Virus record (IMG/VR): IMGVR_UViG_3300021387_000285
Reading direction: 5' to 3' (one strand)
Source of the DNA: a virus
Taxonomy: Duplodnaviria > Heunggongvirae > Uroviricota > Caudoviricetes
Length of the DNA stretch: 64,000 nt
In this document: positions 28,275 through 39,554 of the stretch, in pieces
Layout: each line of letters starts with the position of its first letter
Position numbering within the stretch: position 1 is the stretch's first letter
Notes under the pieces: model-generated
What the model saw: only the letters and a program-made list of their open reading frames with translations
Databases searched by the model: none
Told to the model about the DNA's origin: nothing
Made by a program: the position numbers and the translations under genes

Positions 28275-29666
28275 ATGGCAAAAAACAAATATACGTTAAA
28301 GGCTGCCCCTCAATCACAGGGAAAAGTAGTTTTTAATACACCAATTGATTTTCAAGAACAAGAACAAAATTTTGAACCCGAACTTAACCCAGATTTTATC
28401 GTTGAAAATATAAAACCTGATATCCCAGCACCAACAGAAGAAGAAATATAGCAGTCTATTCCTATTGCGCCTATGGCTTAGGAAAAGAATTATTTAAGTC
28501 GTGGAGATACCGGTTATGCAGTTCAACAATTACAACAGAAGTTAATTAAAGCTGGTTATTCTGTTGGTATTGATGGGGCTGATGGAGATTTTGGTGGAAA
28601 TACTTTAGACGCTGTTATTAAATTTTAGAAAGAAAATCGCTTAACAGTTGATGGTTTAGTTGGAGAAAAAACACTCGCTAAATTAGATGAAGTTGTTTCT
28701 AAAAAATCTATTCAAATCTATCGTATTCGCAAGAATTGGTATGAACCAAAAACACAAATTGGCGCATATAATGATTTAGATAAAGCTATTGAAGCATATA
28801 ATAAATTACCAGATGGATATTATGTTTATAATAATTCTGGTAAGATTGTTTATCCAGAGGGGATACTCCAAGAGAAGAAATCTAGTGAGTTTAAACCTAT
28901 TGTGCGGCCGGCAAGATCTTACAATGATGTGGCTCTTGGTATGGCTGCTAAAGATGAAAACTGCGGGTATCGTAATGGTCTTGCAGGAGACCAATCTGGT
29001 AGTGAAGTATATATTTTAAATACTTGGTATGATTAGAGTTGGACGAATGTATTGCGTCCAGTAGATAATCAGTTAGCAGAAAAAATCGCTCAAGCAATGG
29101 AAGCAGCCTGTGAAAATAATTACATTGGATATGACCAAAATCAAAGAAATACTTTATACACAGAAGCTAAAAAAGTTGGAATGGATTTATCTAAAATCAC
29201 TACACCATGCGAATGTGATTGTAGCTCATTAGTTAGTATTTGCTGCATTTGCGCTGGATTACCTGAAAACATTTTCTTTGCTGGTGGGAATATGAGAACT
29301 ACATTTAATATGGAAGAAGCTTGCTTAAAGACTGGTAAGTTTATCAATTATGTAGATGCAAAATATACTAGACAGAAGGATTACTTAAAACGTGGTGATA
29401 TTTTAAATAATCGTAATCAACACGTTGTTGTTGTTTTAGGGAATGGTCGCTATGCTGAACAAACTGCTGATGTAAGTGCTATGAACTATAAAGTAAAAGT
29501 ATTGCCTATTTTATTAAATGTGCGCAATGCTCCTAATGGGAATGCACCAGTTGTAGGCAGATTAAGATAGAATGATACTTATACTATTGTTGAAGTCCAA
29601 GACGGTTGGGGTAAATTAAAATCTGGCGCCGGTTGGATTAACTTAGAGTTTGTTGAAAAAATATAA
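28275..29666 (+). CDS. Endolysin with an N-terminal PG_binding_1-like domain, a central Cys-containing hydrolase or amidase domain and a C-terminal SH3b domain; 5 in-frame TAG.
   Basis: GDTGYAVQQLQQKLIKAGYSVGIDGADGDFGGNTLDAV (peptidoglycan-binding). C-terminal YKVKVLP...GWGKLKSGAGWINLEFV (SH3b). GGAGGAG RBS upstream. Confidence 0.75.
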
Positions 29667-29977
29667 TGGAAACTGAAAAAAAGAAAATAGAGTTTTCAAA
29701 AACTCTATTAATTCAAGAATCTATCTTAATTTGGATACATACGATTGCCTTATTGGTATTAGCTTATATCTGTGTATTTAAAGGATTTTTTGCAGAATTA
29801 CCTTGGTTAACTGCTATGACAGCATTACCATGGACCGCTTATGGAGTTAGTCAACATGCTTATTATAAAAAGTCATAGGCAGAAAACTCTAAAGATGGTA
29901 TTGTATATGAATGCGCTATGTATGATAAGCAAATGTTAGATTATGACCCAAAAGATGATTCTATTGCTATTGGTTAA
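29666..29977 (+). CDS. Holin candidate with 2 TM helices; 1 in-frame TAG in the C-terminal tail.
   Basis: TAATG-coupled to the endolysin. TM helices ILIWIHTIALLVLAYICVF and LPWLTAMTALPWTAYGV. A terminator follows. Confidence 0.6.
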
Positions 29978-29987
29978 TATATAATAA

Positions 29988-30034
29988 AATCCCAAGATAT
30001 AATAATTTTTTTATTATTCTTGGGATTATTTTTA
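29988..30034 (+). terminator. Rho-independent terminator.
   Basis: AATCCCAAGA..TCTTGGGATT stem followed by a T-run. Confidence 0.7.
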
Positions 30035-30038
30035 TTAT

Positions 30039-30067
30039 ATTGATTTTTTATTTATTTTATGTTATAA
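30039..30067 (+). promoter_or_regulatory. Sigma-A-type promoter.
   Basis: TTGATT-N17-TGtTATAAT. Confidence 0.55.
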
Positions 30068-30160
30068 TGTATTTGTGAATGAAATAACTGAATGGCTTTC
30101 TTTCTTTCTTCTGTTATTATTATAACCTAATTTTTTTTATTTGTCAAGGAGAAACGTTTT

Positions 30161-30613
30161 ATGGGAAAGACTTATTACACAGATGGGGCTTGTTCTGGCA
30201 ATGGGTATAAACATTCATCTGGTGGATATGGTATTGTTGAAGTAGATGAAAATGATAATATAATTTGGGCATACCAAGATTTCAAAAAACCAACTACAAA
30301 TAATGAAATGGAACTAATGGCTATATTAAAAGCCTTAATTCATATACAAAATAATAACGAAGAAGATTTTTTTATCCCAATCATTTATAGTGATAGTGCT
30401 TATTGTGTTAATATAGTCAATGATTGGATGTATAGTTGGGAGCGCAATAATTGGATGCGACCAAATAACCAAGAGATTAAAAACCTTGAAATTATAAAAC
30501 AAATATATAAATTAGCACATATTGCTGATATCCGTAAAATTAAGGGTCATGCTGGTCATAAATGGAATGAGTATGCTGATAATTTAGCAACTGGAAAAAT
30601 TAAATTAACATAG
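30161..30613 (+). CDS. rnhA: Ribonuclease HI.
   Basis: YTDGAC...E..A...AL...IYSDS.Y..N....W..W...N.W....IKGHAGH.WNE.AD.LA follows the RNase H pattern. Confidence 0.8.
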   Translation: MGKTYYTDGACSGNGYKHSSGGYGIVEVDENDNIIWAYQDFKKPTTNNEMELMAILKALIHIQNNNEEDFFIPIIYSDSAYCVNIVNDWMYSWERNNWMRPNNQEIKNLEIIKQIYKLAHIADIRKIKGHAGHKWNEYADNLATGKIKLT

Positions 30614-30627
30614 GAGGAATATTAACG

Positions 30628-30837
30628 ATGGCTTTTAAACCGTATAAAATGATAACAAAATGTGAGATTTTAGATGAAGATTGGAAAACTCAATTAGCAT
30701 TAGGATATCCTTGTATTCCACCAGAGACAGAAGTACTTGTAACTGGGACTTATAATAATTTCTATGGGACTTTTGCTAAAGTTCAATGGAATGGGAATGT
30801 TTATTATACTACATTTAATAAATTAAAGAAAGGTTGA
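30628..30837 (+). CDS. Hypothetical small protein.
   Basis: ORF from the track. Confidence 0.4.
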   Translation: MAFKPYKMITKCEILDEDWKTQLALGYPCIPPETEVLVTGTYNNFYGTFAKVQWNGNVYYTTFNKLKKG

Positions 30838-31160
30838 TAGATATGCTGAATGAATTAGTGGCTAATTATTTTTATGGTAAATGCCCTGTCTGCGGCAGAT
30901 TGTATATTTCAGCTTTTGAACGTTTTGTAACTTGGTGCCCTTATTGTGGAACAGCTACTCTTACTGATAATAGCTCTACAAATGGAAGATTAACTGAAAG
31001 AGATGACCAAGGGATTGCACGTTATGTTGGTAATTTATCTCATCATAAACCAGAGTATGCTCATCAACTAACTAGAAATGCAGTAGAAGAAATCTTAGAA
31101 AAACTTTGTGTATATGAGGAAAATGAGGCTGCAGAAAACAAGACAGAAGAAGACGGTTGA
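30834..31160 (+). CDS. Zinc-ribbon protein.
   Basis: CPVCG...CPYCG. Confidence 0.4.
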   Translation: MIDMLNELVANYFYGKCPVCGRLYISAFERFVTWCPYCGTATLTDNSSTNGRLTERDDQGIARYVGNLSHHKPEYAHQLTRNAVEEILEKLCVYEENEAAENKTEEDG

Positions 31161-31185
31161 TTTTTTTAAAAAAATATGGTATAAT
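31157..31185 (+). promoter_or_regulatory. Sigma-A-type promoter.
   Basis: TTGATT-N17-TGgTATAAT. Confidence 0.6.
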
Positions 31186-31219
31186 ATAATGTAAAGAAAA
31201 AATCTAGGAGATTTGATTT

Positions 31220-33151
31220 ATGATAGATAAAACATTATATAATGAAGAATCAATTGAAAGTTTGTCTCCATTAGAGTTTACTAGATTGCGCCCAGGAGTC
31301 TATGCAGGTGATACAACTTATGCAACTCAATTAGCAGTGGAAATCTTTTCTAATGCAGTTGATGAATTTAGACTCGGCCATGGAGATAAAATTGAAGTAA
31401 GTATTAATGGCCCAAAAGTAAGAGTTAGAGACTATGGACAAGGTTTTATTCCAAATAGTTTTCGTGATGATAATAAAACAATCTTAGAAGCAGCTTTTAG
31501 TGTATTAAATACATCTGGTAAATACCGTGAAGATGGAACATATGAAGGCACTTCTCTCGGTTCATTTGGTATTGGTTCAAAAATTACAACTTATCTTTCA
31601 CATTGGTTAGATGCTACTACTTTCCGTAATGGGGAGTGGGAAACTGTTCATTTTGTTGAAGGCGAAACTTATAGCCATGACGGAGGAAAAATTGATCCTG
31701 CCGACATGGGAATTAGTAAAGATACTACTGGCACTATTGTTGAATGGGAGCCAAGTGAAGAATTTTTTACTCATCCAGAAGTAAATGTAAATGAATTGAA
31801 AACTCTCTTTAAAACAATCGCTGCGCTCTGTCCTGGTCTTACCATTGAGCTAAATGATAATTGGACTAAAACTACTTATTTTTCAAAGAATGGTATTAAT
31901 GACTTAGTTGATGAAGCAGTTGAAAATAAAGAACTGATTAAAAATCGTTTCGTAATGAATTATCAAAATGATAAGAATAAACTTGATATGGTTATGACAT
32001 ATACGTCAAATTATTCTTCAACATTAGTTCCTTATGTAAACACTGGTTTGACAGCAAATGGGCCGCATATTTCACAAGTTAAAGCATTGTTAACTCGTGA
32101 GTTTAATAAGTTTTTTAGAGATAAAAAATGGCTTAAAGATAAAGATGAAAATCTTTCTGGTGATGATGTCCAAGAAGGATTATACATTGTATTTAATATA
32201 ACTGCACCAAATGTAGCTTATGATGCTCAAGTGAAAACAAGAGTTACTAAAATTGAAATGAGTCCTTTCACTCAAGCTATTGCAGAAGATTTGCGGATTT
32301 GGTTTGCGGCAAATGAAAAAGAAGTTAAAATGATTGCTGATAAAGCAATTAATGCGCGAAAAGCTCGGCTGGCCGCGCAGAAAGCAAGAGAAGCAGTTCG
32401 TGACAAAGGACCAAAAACACCAAAAGCAAAAATGTTAAATCTTCCAACAAAATTAGTTGATTGTTGGGGAAAAGACCGTAGTAAGTGTGAACTGTTTATT
32501 GCCGAGGGTGATAGTGCAGCAAATGGACTTGTTGAAGCAAGAGATGCAGAATATGTAGCAGTATTTCCAATCCGAGGAAAAATTATTGCCGCATATAAAA
32601 ATAGTAGCGAAAAGATATTTGCCAATGCAGAAGTAACAAATATCATTAAAGCTATTGGCCTTGATTTAGATATTAAGACTCATAAATTAATTTATGATGC
32701 TAAAAAAATAAGGTATGGAAAGATTCTACTTGCGGCTGATGCTGACCCTGATGGAGCTTCAATTCGTAACTTGTTAATTGAAATGTTTTGGTGGTTATGT
32801 CCAGAACTTATTTTAAACGGACATATTTATACAACAATTCCGCCACTTTTTAGAATAACTACTAAAAAGAATGAATATATATATTTAAAAGACCAAATAG
32901 CATTAGATGAATATAAAACGAAACATGCTGGAGAAAAGTTTTTAATAAATAGAAATAAAGGTCTTGGTGAACAAGATGCAGATGAATTACATGAAGCATT
33001 ATTGAATCCAGAGACTCGTAATGTAGAACAATTGGTTATTGAAGATAAAGCAGCAACAGAAGATTTAATTGAATGTTTGATGGGACCAAGTGTCCCGCCA
33101 CGTAGAGCATATTTGTTAAAGCATAGCGAGGAGGCTAATGATAATGATTAA
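31220..33151 (+). CDS. Type IIA DNA topoisomerase, ATPase/Toprim (GyrB/T4 gp39-like) subunit. TAG-free.
   Basis: GHKL ATPase region and Toprim motif IAEGDSAANG. Confidence 0.8.
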   Translation: MIDKTLYNEESIESLSPLEFTRLRPGVYAGDTTYATQLAVEIFSNAVDEFRLGHGDKIEVSINGPKVRVRDYGQGFIPNSFRDDNKTILEAAFSVLNTSGKYREDGTYEGTSLGSFGIGSKITTYLSHWLDATTFRNGEWETVHFVEGETYSHDGGKIDPADMGISKDTTGTIVEWEPSEEFFTHPEVNVNELKTLFKTIAALCPGLTIELNDNWTKTTYFSKNGINDLVDEAVENKELIKNRFVMNYQNDKNKLDMVMTYTSNYSSTLVPYVNTGLTANGPHISQVKALLTREFNKFFRDKKWLKDKDENLSGDDVQEGLYIVFNITAPNVAYDAQVKTRVTKIEMSPFTQAIAEDLRIWFAANEKEVKMIADKAINARKARLAAQKAREAVRDKGPKTPKAKMLNLPTKLVDCWGKDRSKCELFIAEGDSAANGLVEARDAEYVAVFPIRGKIIAAYKNSSEKIFANAEVTNIIKAIGLDLDIKTHKLIYDAKKIRYGKILLAADADPDGASIRNLLIEMFWWLCPELILNGHIYTTIPPLFRITTKKNEYIYLKDQIALDEYKTKHAGEKFLINRNKGLGEQDADELHEALLNPETRNVEQLVIEDKAATEDLIECLMGPSVPPRRAYLLKHSEEANDND

Positions 33152-35492
33152 TATAAATCAAGAATTACATCAAAACTTTTTGGACTTCTCATATGAAGCT
33201 AACTCGCAACGTGCTTTTGCAGATGCACGAGATGGCCTAAAACCAGGACAGAGAGCATGTCTTTGGGAAATGTATGATAAAAAATATAGCAGTAATAAAC
33301 CACATGTAAAATCTGCAAAAATTAGTGGTGGAGTTATTGCTAACTGGTGGCCTCATGGTGATGCTGCAATATATGATACTTTTGCTCGTATGTCTCAACC
33401 TTGGATTAATAATATTCCAGAAGTTGACTGGCATGGTGCAAATGGTTCTATTCAAATTAGTGGAGAGCCTGCGGCCAGCCGATACACTGAAGCAAGATTA
33501 GCCAAGAGTACAGAAGATGGATTGCTTTTTAATATTAATAAACATACTGTACCAATGAAAATGAACTTTTCAGAAGATGCAGAATGGCCGGAGGTATTTC
33601 CTGCGATTTATCCTCGGTTGATGGTAAATGGATGTCAAGGCATTGGTTCTACAATTGCAAATGTATGGCTACCGCATAATCTCGGTGAGCTAATTGGTAT
33701 GATTGACAATTATCTTACTACTGGTAAATTAGATTATAGTAATTTAGCACCAGATTTTCCAACAGGTGGAATTATTATTAATCGTAATGAGCTTAAAGCA
33801 ATTTATGAAACTGGTAAAGGGAAAGTAGTTCTTCGTGCGCGAACCGAAATTAAAGATAATACAATTATTGTTACCGAGGTCCCTTATCAAGTTTATATTG
33901 AGCCATTAATTGATCAAATTAAAAAATTAGTTATTGATGAAACAATTCCAGACATAAATAATATCGTTAATAAGAGTGGTCGCAATAAACTTTGTATTGA
34001 AATAGAATGCGAAAAAGATCCTGCAAGAGTATTGAGTTTATTATTTAAAAATAGCGATTTACAGAAAAGTTATAGTGCAAATCAGTTTGCTTTAATTGGT
34101 AAAACCCCAGAACTTCTTACTTTGAAAAAGTATTTAGATGTATTTATCAATCATAATGTTACTTGTATTGATAATGAATATAAATATGAAGTAGAAAAAG
34201 CAAAAGATAGATTAGAAATTGTAGAAGGTCTATTAAAAGCACTTGAAGATATTGATAATGTAATTGCTCTTATTAAATCAAGTGATAGTTCTGCTGATGC
34301 GGTCCGTAGATTAATGGCAAAATATAGTTTATCTGAACGGCAAAGTAAGGCTATTGTTGATATGAAACTGGGTCGTTTGGCTAAATTAGAAAAAATTGAA
34401 TTAGAGCAAGAAAAGGCTGAATTAAATAATAAGATTACTGAATGTTTAGCAGTTCTTGAGGATAATAATAAAAAGAAAAATATTTTTCTTGATAGACTTC
34501 GTGCTTTTGGGAAAAAATATGCAATTCCTCGTAAAACAGAGTTGTAGCATATTGAATTAGGAAAGACTAAAGAAGAAAAAGAAATTGCTGAAATTCCTCC
34601 TGAGAAATGTGTTGTCGTAATTACAAAAGGAGAAAGTTTAAAGCGTATTCCAGCAACCGCTTTCCGCACACAAAGGCGCGGAGGAAAAGGCGTAAAAACT
34701 CAAGATGATATTACAGAAGCCGTAATTAGAACAAATACAATTGATAGTTTAATGTTGTTTACTAATCAAGGTAAGATGTATAGATTATTAGTAAATAACA
34801 TTCCAGAAGGAACGAATACTTCAAAAGGCACTCCTGTAAAAACTTTAATAGAAATGGAGGCAAATGAACATGTACAGACTATATATTCTATATATAGAGA
34901 TACTGATGCAAAATATGTATTATTCGTTACTAAAAAAGGCTTGGTTAAGAAAACGGCGCTTACTGAATATGTTGGAACAAAGAAAACTAAAGGGATTGGT
35001 GCGATTGCTATTAAAGAAGGAGACGCGCTCGCTGCCGTCACTTTGGTAAAAGATGAGCCATTGATTCTTTTAACTAAACAAGGATATGTGATTAAGTTTA
35101 AGATTGATGAAGTATCTACAACATCTCGTCTTACATCTGGTGTTAAAGGAATTAACTTAGGAGATGATGATGAAGTAGTTGCGGCTTTACCTTTAAGAAA
35201 CAGTGAAGACCAGTTAGCTATCTTTACTACAAAAGGTAATGGTAAAAAGATTTCTCAAAAAGAAATTACTTTACAAAAACGTGGCGGAAAAGGTTTAATG
35301 ATTCTTAAATCTGGAATTAAAGATGAATATGTGAGTGCAGCACAACTTATTAGTGATGAAGATAATGTCCTTTTAGTAGGAGATAAAAACTCTGTATGTA
35401 TTGCTGCAACTGATATTCCAGAATTAGGTCGTCAATCTATTGGAAATATAATGCTTAAAAATAATAAGATTTTAAGTGCAAGTAAAGTTTAA
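33138..35492 (+). CDS. Type IIA DNA topoisomerase, GyrA-like breakage-reunion subunit with a C-terminal beta-pinwheel; 1 in-frame TAG at 34545-34547.
   Basis: Joins track ORFs 33138-34547 and 34752-35492 in the same frame. The C-terminal part contains the GyrA-box-like QRRGGKG. Confidence 0.8.
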
Positions 35493-35505
35493 AGGAGAAA
35501 TTGAA

Positions 35506-35739
35506 ATGACTTCTTTTGAAAATAATAAAATCAAAATTATGGGTGACGCCCCTATAATTGTTTGCGCTAAATGTGGCAAAGAGTTTGTTAGTAGGGGTAA
35601 AAGAGATGAGTTTGCCATTAATAATGATGTTCCTGCTTACTGTGATGAGTGTGAAAAAGATATTAAGGGATATTATTTTGGTGGCCCATATAATGGTAGA
35701 CCAGTTTATACTGGTGAAAGCAATAGTAGAGATAAATAA
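35506..35739 (+). CDS. Zinc-ribbon small protein.
   Basis: CAKCG...CDEC. AAAGGAG RBS upstream. Confidence 0.4.
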   Translation: MTSFENNKIKIMGDAPIIVCAKCGKEFVSRGKRDEFAINNDVPAYCDECEKDIKGYYFGGPYNGRPVYTGESNSRDK

Positions 35740-35780
35740 AAAAATAGGGAAGATACATATTGTATCTTCCCTATAAATTA
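35738..35780. terminator. Hairpin terminator, mainly for the minus-strand tail-fibre gene.
   Basis: GGGAAGATA..TATCTTCCC stem. The T-run lies on the minus-strand side. Confidence 0.55.
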
Positions 35781-35785
35781 TTATA

Positions 35786-36835
35786 TTAAGGTTCTGTTGG
35801 CTCAGTAGGTTCTGAAGATGAATGATAAGATTCTAATAATTCAATACGATTTGTTATTCCATTTAAACTATCGCTCATGTCACCAATAGTATCATCAATA
35901 GTGTTATACTTAGTTTCTAAAGTAGTAATCTTACTATTTATAGTTGATAACTAAGATCCATATTGCATAAGATTATCCTATAAATTTGAAGTAGTAGCTA
36001 TATATGATGCTAGATCTAACATATTATAGAAATAAAAAACTATATTTTTAGTTTTATCATAAATAATGTATAATTCATCATATATTAATTTAATATTATT
36101 TATTATATACTCTTCAAATGTACTTTCTGGATTATCAATTTCAAACTATGTTGTTAAATCATTATAATTTGAACTAAATTTTAATGCACTTATTTGTGTA
36201 TAATTATTATTATTTAATAAATTAGTAACTATAAAATTACCATAATTACCCTATAGTATAATAATTTTATTTAAATAAAAATTTTCAATAATAGCATCAA
36301 TAAGCTCATGATTAGTTGTATTAAAAGAACTATTGCCAAAATTATTTAAATTACCATATTCATTAGAAGTAACATCTATATAAATTACTTCTGCTTTTCT
36401 ATTCTATAGTTTTTCTAAAGTATTATAATTAGATGTAACATTCTATCCAAGAATCTAATTTTTAACATTCAAAATTGCTTCATCAACAGTATCTCCTAAT
36501 TCACTTTGAATTGTTGCAGATAAATCTGGGCGATCAGGTAAATCATAATAGCTCCCTGATAATGCTACATTAGATAACTACGGTGTATTTTTTAGATCTC
36601 CATAGTCTCCTGTTAAAGCTACATCAGCAAGCTATGGAGTATTTTTTAATTTAGTATAATCTCCCGAGAAAGCAACATTATGTAGATCTGCAATTTTTGT
36701 GTATGTAGTACCAATAATTTCATTTATTCTAGCATTTAAATCACTAGTTGAAATTGTAGTAGTAGAAGTAATATAACCGCCGTTTATATTATTTATAATA
36801 AAGTTTTTTAATCCAGTTGTATAAGTATCTGCCAT
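35786..36835 (-). CDS. Tail-fibre-repeat protein with 9 in-frame TAG.
   Basis: Tandem SGDYTKLKNTPQL / TGDYGDLKNTPQL / SGSYYDLPDRPDL motifs of the phage tail-fibre-repeat type. GAAAGGAG RBS before the ATG at 36835. The track ORF 36632-36859(-) is its N-terminal fragment. Confidence 0.6.
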
Positions 36836-36920
36836 AAAAGTTAAACTCCTTTCTCTCATAATTGTTATTTCTATATAAATTAGAAAAATACTTCCTCATT
36901 ATTATTTTAATTTGTCCAAT

Positions 36921-36950
36921 TTGACTTTTTTAAAAAAATATGATAAAATA
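36921..36950 (+). promoter_or_regulatory. Sigma-A-type promoter.
   Basis: TTGACT-N18-TGaTAAAAT. Confidence 0.5.
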
Positions 36951-36977
36951 TATTAAAGTAAAAATATAGGTGATGTT

Positions 36978-38909
36978 ATGAATAAGCATGATAGAATATA
37001 TGAATTAATACAAAAATTAAATTATTATAATAAATTATATGATGAAGGGAAACCAGAAATCACCGATAAAGAATATGATGATTTATATTTTGAATTAGAA
37101 TCATTAGAAAAAGAAACTGGTTTAATTTTTGGTAATTCACCTACTCAACATATTGATTTTAAAATTGTTAATCAGTTAAATAAAGTTGAGCATAATCATC
37201 CAATGTTATCATTAGATAAAACAAAAAATCTTGAAGAAGTATTAGATTTTATGGACAATAAAGATTGCGTTGGTATGGCTAAAATGGATGGTTTAACCTG
37301 TTCCTTACATTATATTGATGGTAGACTTGTTGGTGCAGAAACTCGTGGTGACGGCACGATAGGTGAAGATATTTTAAACAATATGAAATTCGTGAAAGGC
37401 GTTCCAATAGCGTTAGATAATAAAGATGAACTAATAATTGATGGAGAAGTAATTTGTACTTATGAAGATTTTGAAAGTTTTAACAGCGATTATAAAAATC
37501 CCCGTAATTTTGCCAGTGGCTCTATACGTTTATTGGATTCACAAGAAAGCGCTCAAAGGAAGTTAACCTTTGTTGCTTGGGATTGTATTAAAGGATTAAA
37601 TGTTCCAACTTTAAACGAGAAATTAGTTGAATTAACTAGGCTTGGATTCTTACCAGTTCCTTGGTTGAATACAACTTCTAATTTCACAATTGATAAATTA
37701 GAGCATATGATTTATCTATTAAAAGATTGGGCGAAAAGTGAATCATATCCAATAGATGGAATAGTATTTAAGTATAATGATTGCGCTTACTATGATTCTC
37801 TTGGATACACGGGACATCATTTTAAAGGTGGATTAGCATATAAGTTTTATGATGAAGAATATGAATCAAAACTTCGTAATATTGAATGGTCTATGGGAAA
37901 GACAGGACAAATTACTCCTGTTGCAATATTTGATGAAATTGATGATGGAGAAAGTCTAGTAACTAGAGCATCTCTTCATAACCTAAATATTATTAATCAA
38001 ATATTGGGTCATCCTTATTGTGGGCAAGATATAAAAGTAATTAAAGCAAATCAAATTATTCCTCAAATTATTTGGGGGGATAAAAGAAATGATGATTTAC
38101 TTTGGTATTTTGATCCACCTAAAAAATGTCCTTGTTGTGGAGAAGATACTTATATTAAAGATAATTTTCTTTATTGTTCTAACCCAGATTGTGATGGTAA
38201 GTTTATCAATCGCCTTGACCATTTTGTTGGTAAAAAAGGTCTAGATATTAAAGGACTTTCAAAAGCAACTCTTCAAAAACTTATCAATTGGGAATGGGTC
38301 ACTTCATTAAAAGATATCTTCTATCTTCATAAATATCAAAATGAATGGGCCAAAAAAGATGGGTTTGGACCTAAATCAGTTATGAATATTTTAACAACAA
38401 TTGAAAACTCAAAAGAATGTGAAATGTGGCAATTTATTTCAGCATTAAGTATTCCGTTGATTGGAACAAATTATGCAAAAGAGATTTGTAGATATTGCGA
38501 AACTTGGGAACAATTTATGAAATATATAAAAGATTTTGATTTTTCAAAATGGGATAATTTTGGATATGAGATAAATAAAGCCCTTCATGCATTTGATTTT
38601 ACAGAAGCAAATGATTTAATTGATAATCAAATAATTAAATTAAATAATAGTTTATTTAATGAAAAGAAAAATGAAGGTGCTTGCGCTGGCTTGTCATTCT
38701 GCATCACAGGAAAATTAAATACTTTTAAAAATAGAGATGAAGCAAAAGCAAGAATTGAAGCAGCAGGCGGCAAAGTTGTTAGTAGTATTAGTGGAAAAAC
38801 TAATTATCTTGTAAATAATGATATTAATTCAACTTCATCAAAAAATCAAAAAGCAAAACAGCTTAATGTCAGCATTATAACAGAAGATGACCTATTAGCG
38901 ATGCTTTGA
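36978..38909 (+). CDS. ligA: NAD-dependent DNA ligase. TAG-free.
   Basis: Adenylation motif KMDG, OB and Zn-finger CPCCG, then a C-terminal BRCT-like region. Confidence 0.85.
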   Translation: MNKHDRIYELIQKLNYYNKLYDEGKPEITDKEYDDLYFELESLEKETGLIFGNSPTQHIDFKIVNQLNKVEHNHPMLSLDKTKNLEEVLDFMDNKDCVGMAKMDGLTCSLHYIDGRLVGAETRGDGTIGEDILNNMKFVKGVPIALDNKDELIIDGEVICTYEDFESFNSDYKNPRNFASGSIRLLDSQESAQRKLTFVAWDCIKGLNVPTLNEKLVELTRLGFLPVPWLNTTSNFTIDKLEHMIYLLKDWAKSESYPIDGIVFKYNDCAYYDSLGYTGHHFKGGLAYKFYDEEYESKLRNIEWSMGKTGQITPVAIFDEIDDGESLVTRASLHNLNIINQILGHPYCGQDIKVIKANQIIPQIIWGDKRNDDLLWYFDPPKKCPCCGEDTYIKDNFLYCSNPDCDGKFINRLDHFVGKKGLDIKGLSKATLQKLINWEWVTSLKDIFYLHKYQNEWAKKDGFGPKSVMNILTTIENSKECEMWQFISALSIPLIGTNYAKEICRYCETWEQFMKYIKDFDFSKWDNFGYEINKALHAFDFTEANDLIDNQIIKLNNSLFNEKKNEGACAGLSFCITGKLNTFKNRDEAKARIEAAGGKVVSSISGKTNYLVNNDINSTSSKNQKAKQLNVSIITEDDLLAML

Positions 38910-38934
38910 CTTTTTAAAAAAATTTTAGTATAAT
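38906..38934 (+). promoter_or_regulatory. Sigma-A-type promoter.
   Basis: TTGACT-N17-TATAAT. Confidence 0.55.
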
Positions 38935-38957
38935 AAATATGTAAATAAGGAAGTAAT

Positions 38958-39152
38958 ATGAAAAAGAAAGAACTCAAAAATCTTGCCAAGAAGATAGCAG
39001 ATTGTGAATATGTTATTGCCAATAGTAAAGATAAAGATGCTGTTGAAGTAGCATAGGAAGAAATTATGCGACTTTCAAGTAAGGTTCATGACTTTCAAGA
39101 TTTGGACCTAATAGATGAAATGGTTCAATCATTACTAAAAGATATGTCTTGA
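38958..39152 (+). CDS. Hypothetical small protein with 1 in-frame TAG.
   Basis: Its stop overlaps the -35 of the next promoter. Confidence 0.35.
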
Positions 39153-39177
39153 CAATTTAAATATTTTTTAGTATAAT
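39149..39177 (+). promoter_or_regulatory. Sigma-A-type promoter, TTGACA-N17-TATAAT.
   Basis: Perfect consensus hexamers. Confidence 0.65.
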
Positions 39178-39225
39178 TATTTGCGTAAAGAAAAAATATA
39201 TAATTTCAAAGGAGAAATGATTATT

Positions 39226-39492
39226 ATGGCTATGAAAGAAAATAGTAAGAACGTATTGAATTATCTTAAAGGTATTGGTGGAGCCAATGTTACCTCTGGT
39301 GATGTTGCTGATGCTCTCGGTCTTGAGAAGCGCTAGGTAGATGGTATTTTCACAAGTGCTATTCAGCGCAAGGGTCTTGGTATCCGTGTTCCCGCTGAGG
39401 TTGAACTTGATGATGGCACCCATAAGGCTGTGAAGTTCCTTCAGCTCACTCCTGCTGGTATCGCATTTGACCCAGACGCAGAAGAAGAATAA
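39226..39492 (+). CDS. Winged-helix DNA-binding protein with 1 in-frame TAG; relatively GC-rich.
   Basis: HTH segment ..GDVADALGLEKR(TAG)VDGI... The track ORF 39157-39423(-) is its antisense. Confidence 0.45.
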
Positions 39493-39512
39493 TTTTAGAT
39501 TAAAATATAACA

Positions 39513-39545
39513 GGGGTAAAAATACTTTACCCCTTTATTTTTTTA
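39513..39545 (+). terminator. Rho-independent terminator.
   Basis: GGGGTAAA..TTTACCCC stem followed by a T-run. Confidence 0.7.
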
Positions 39546-39554
39546 ATTACAGCT

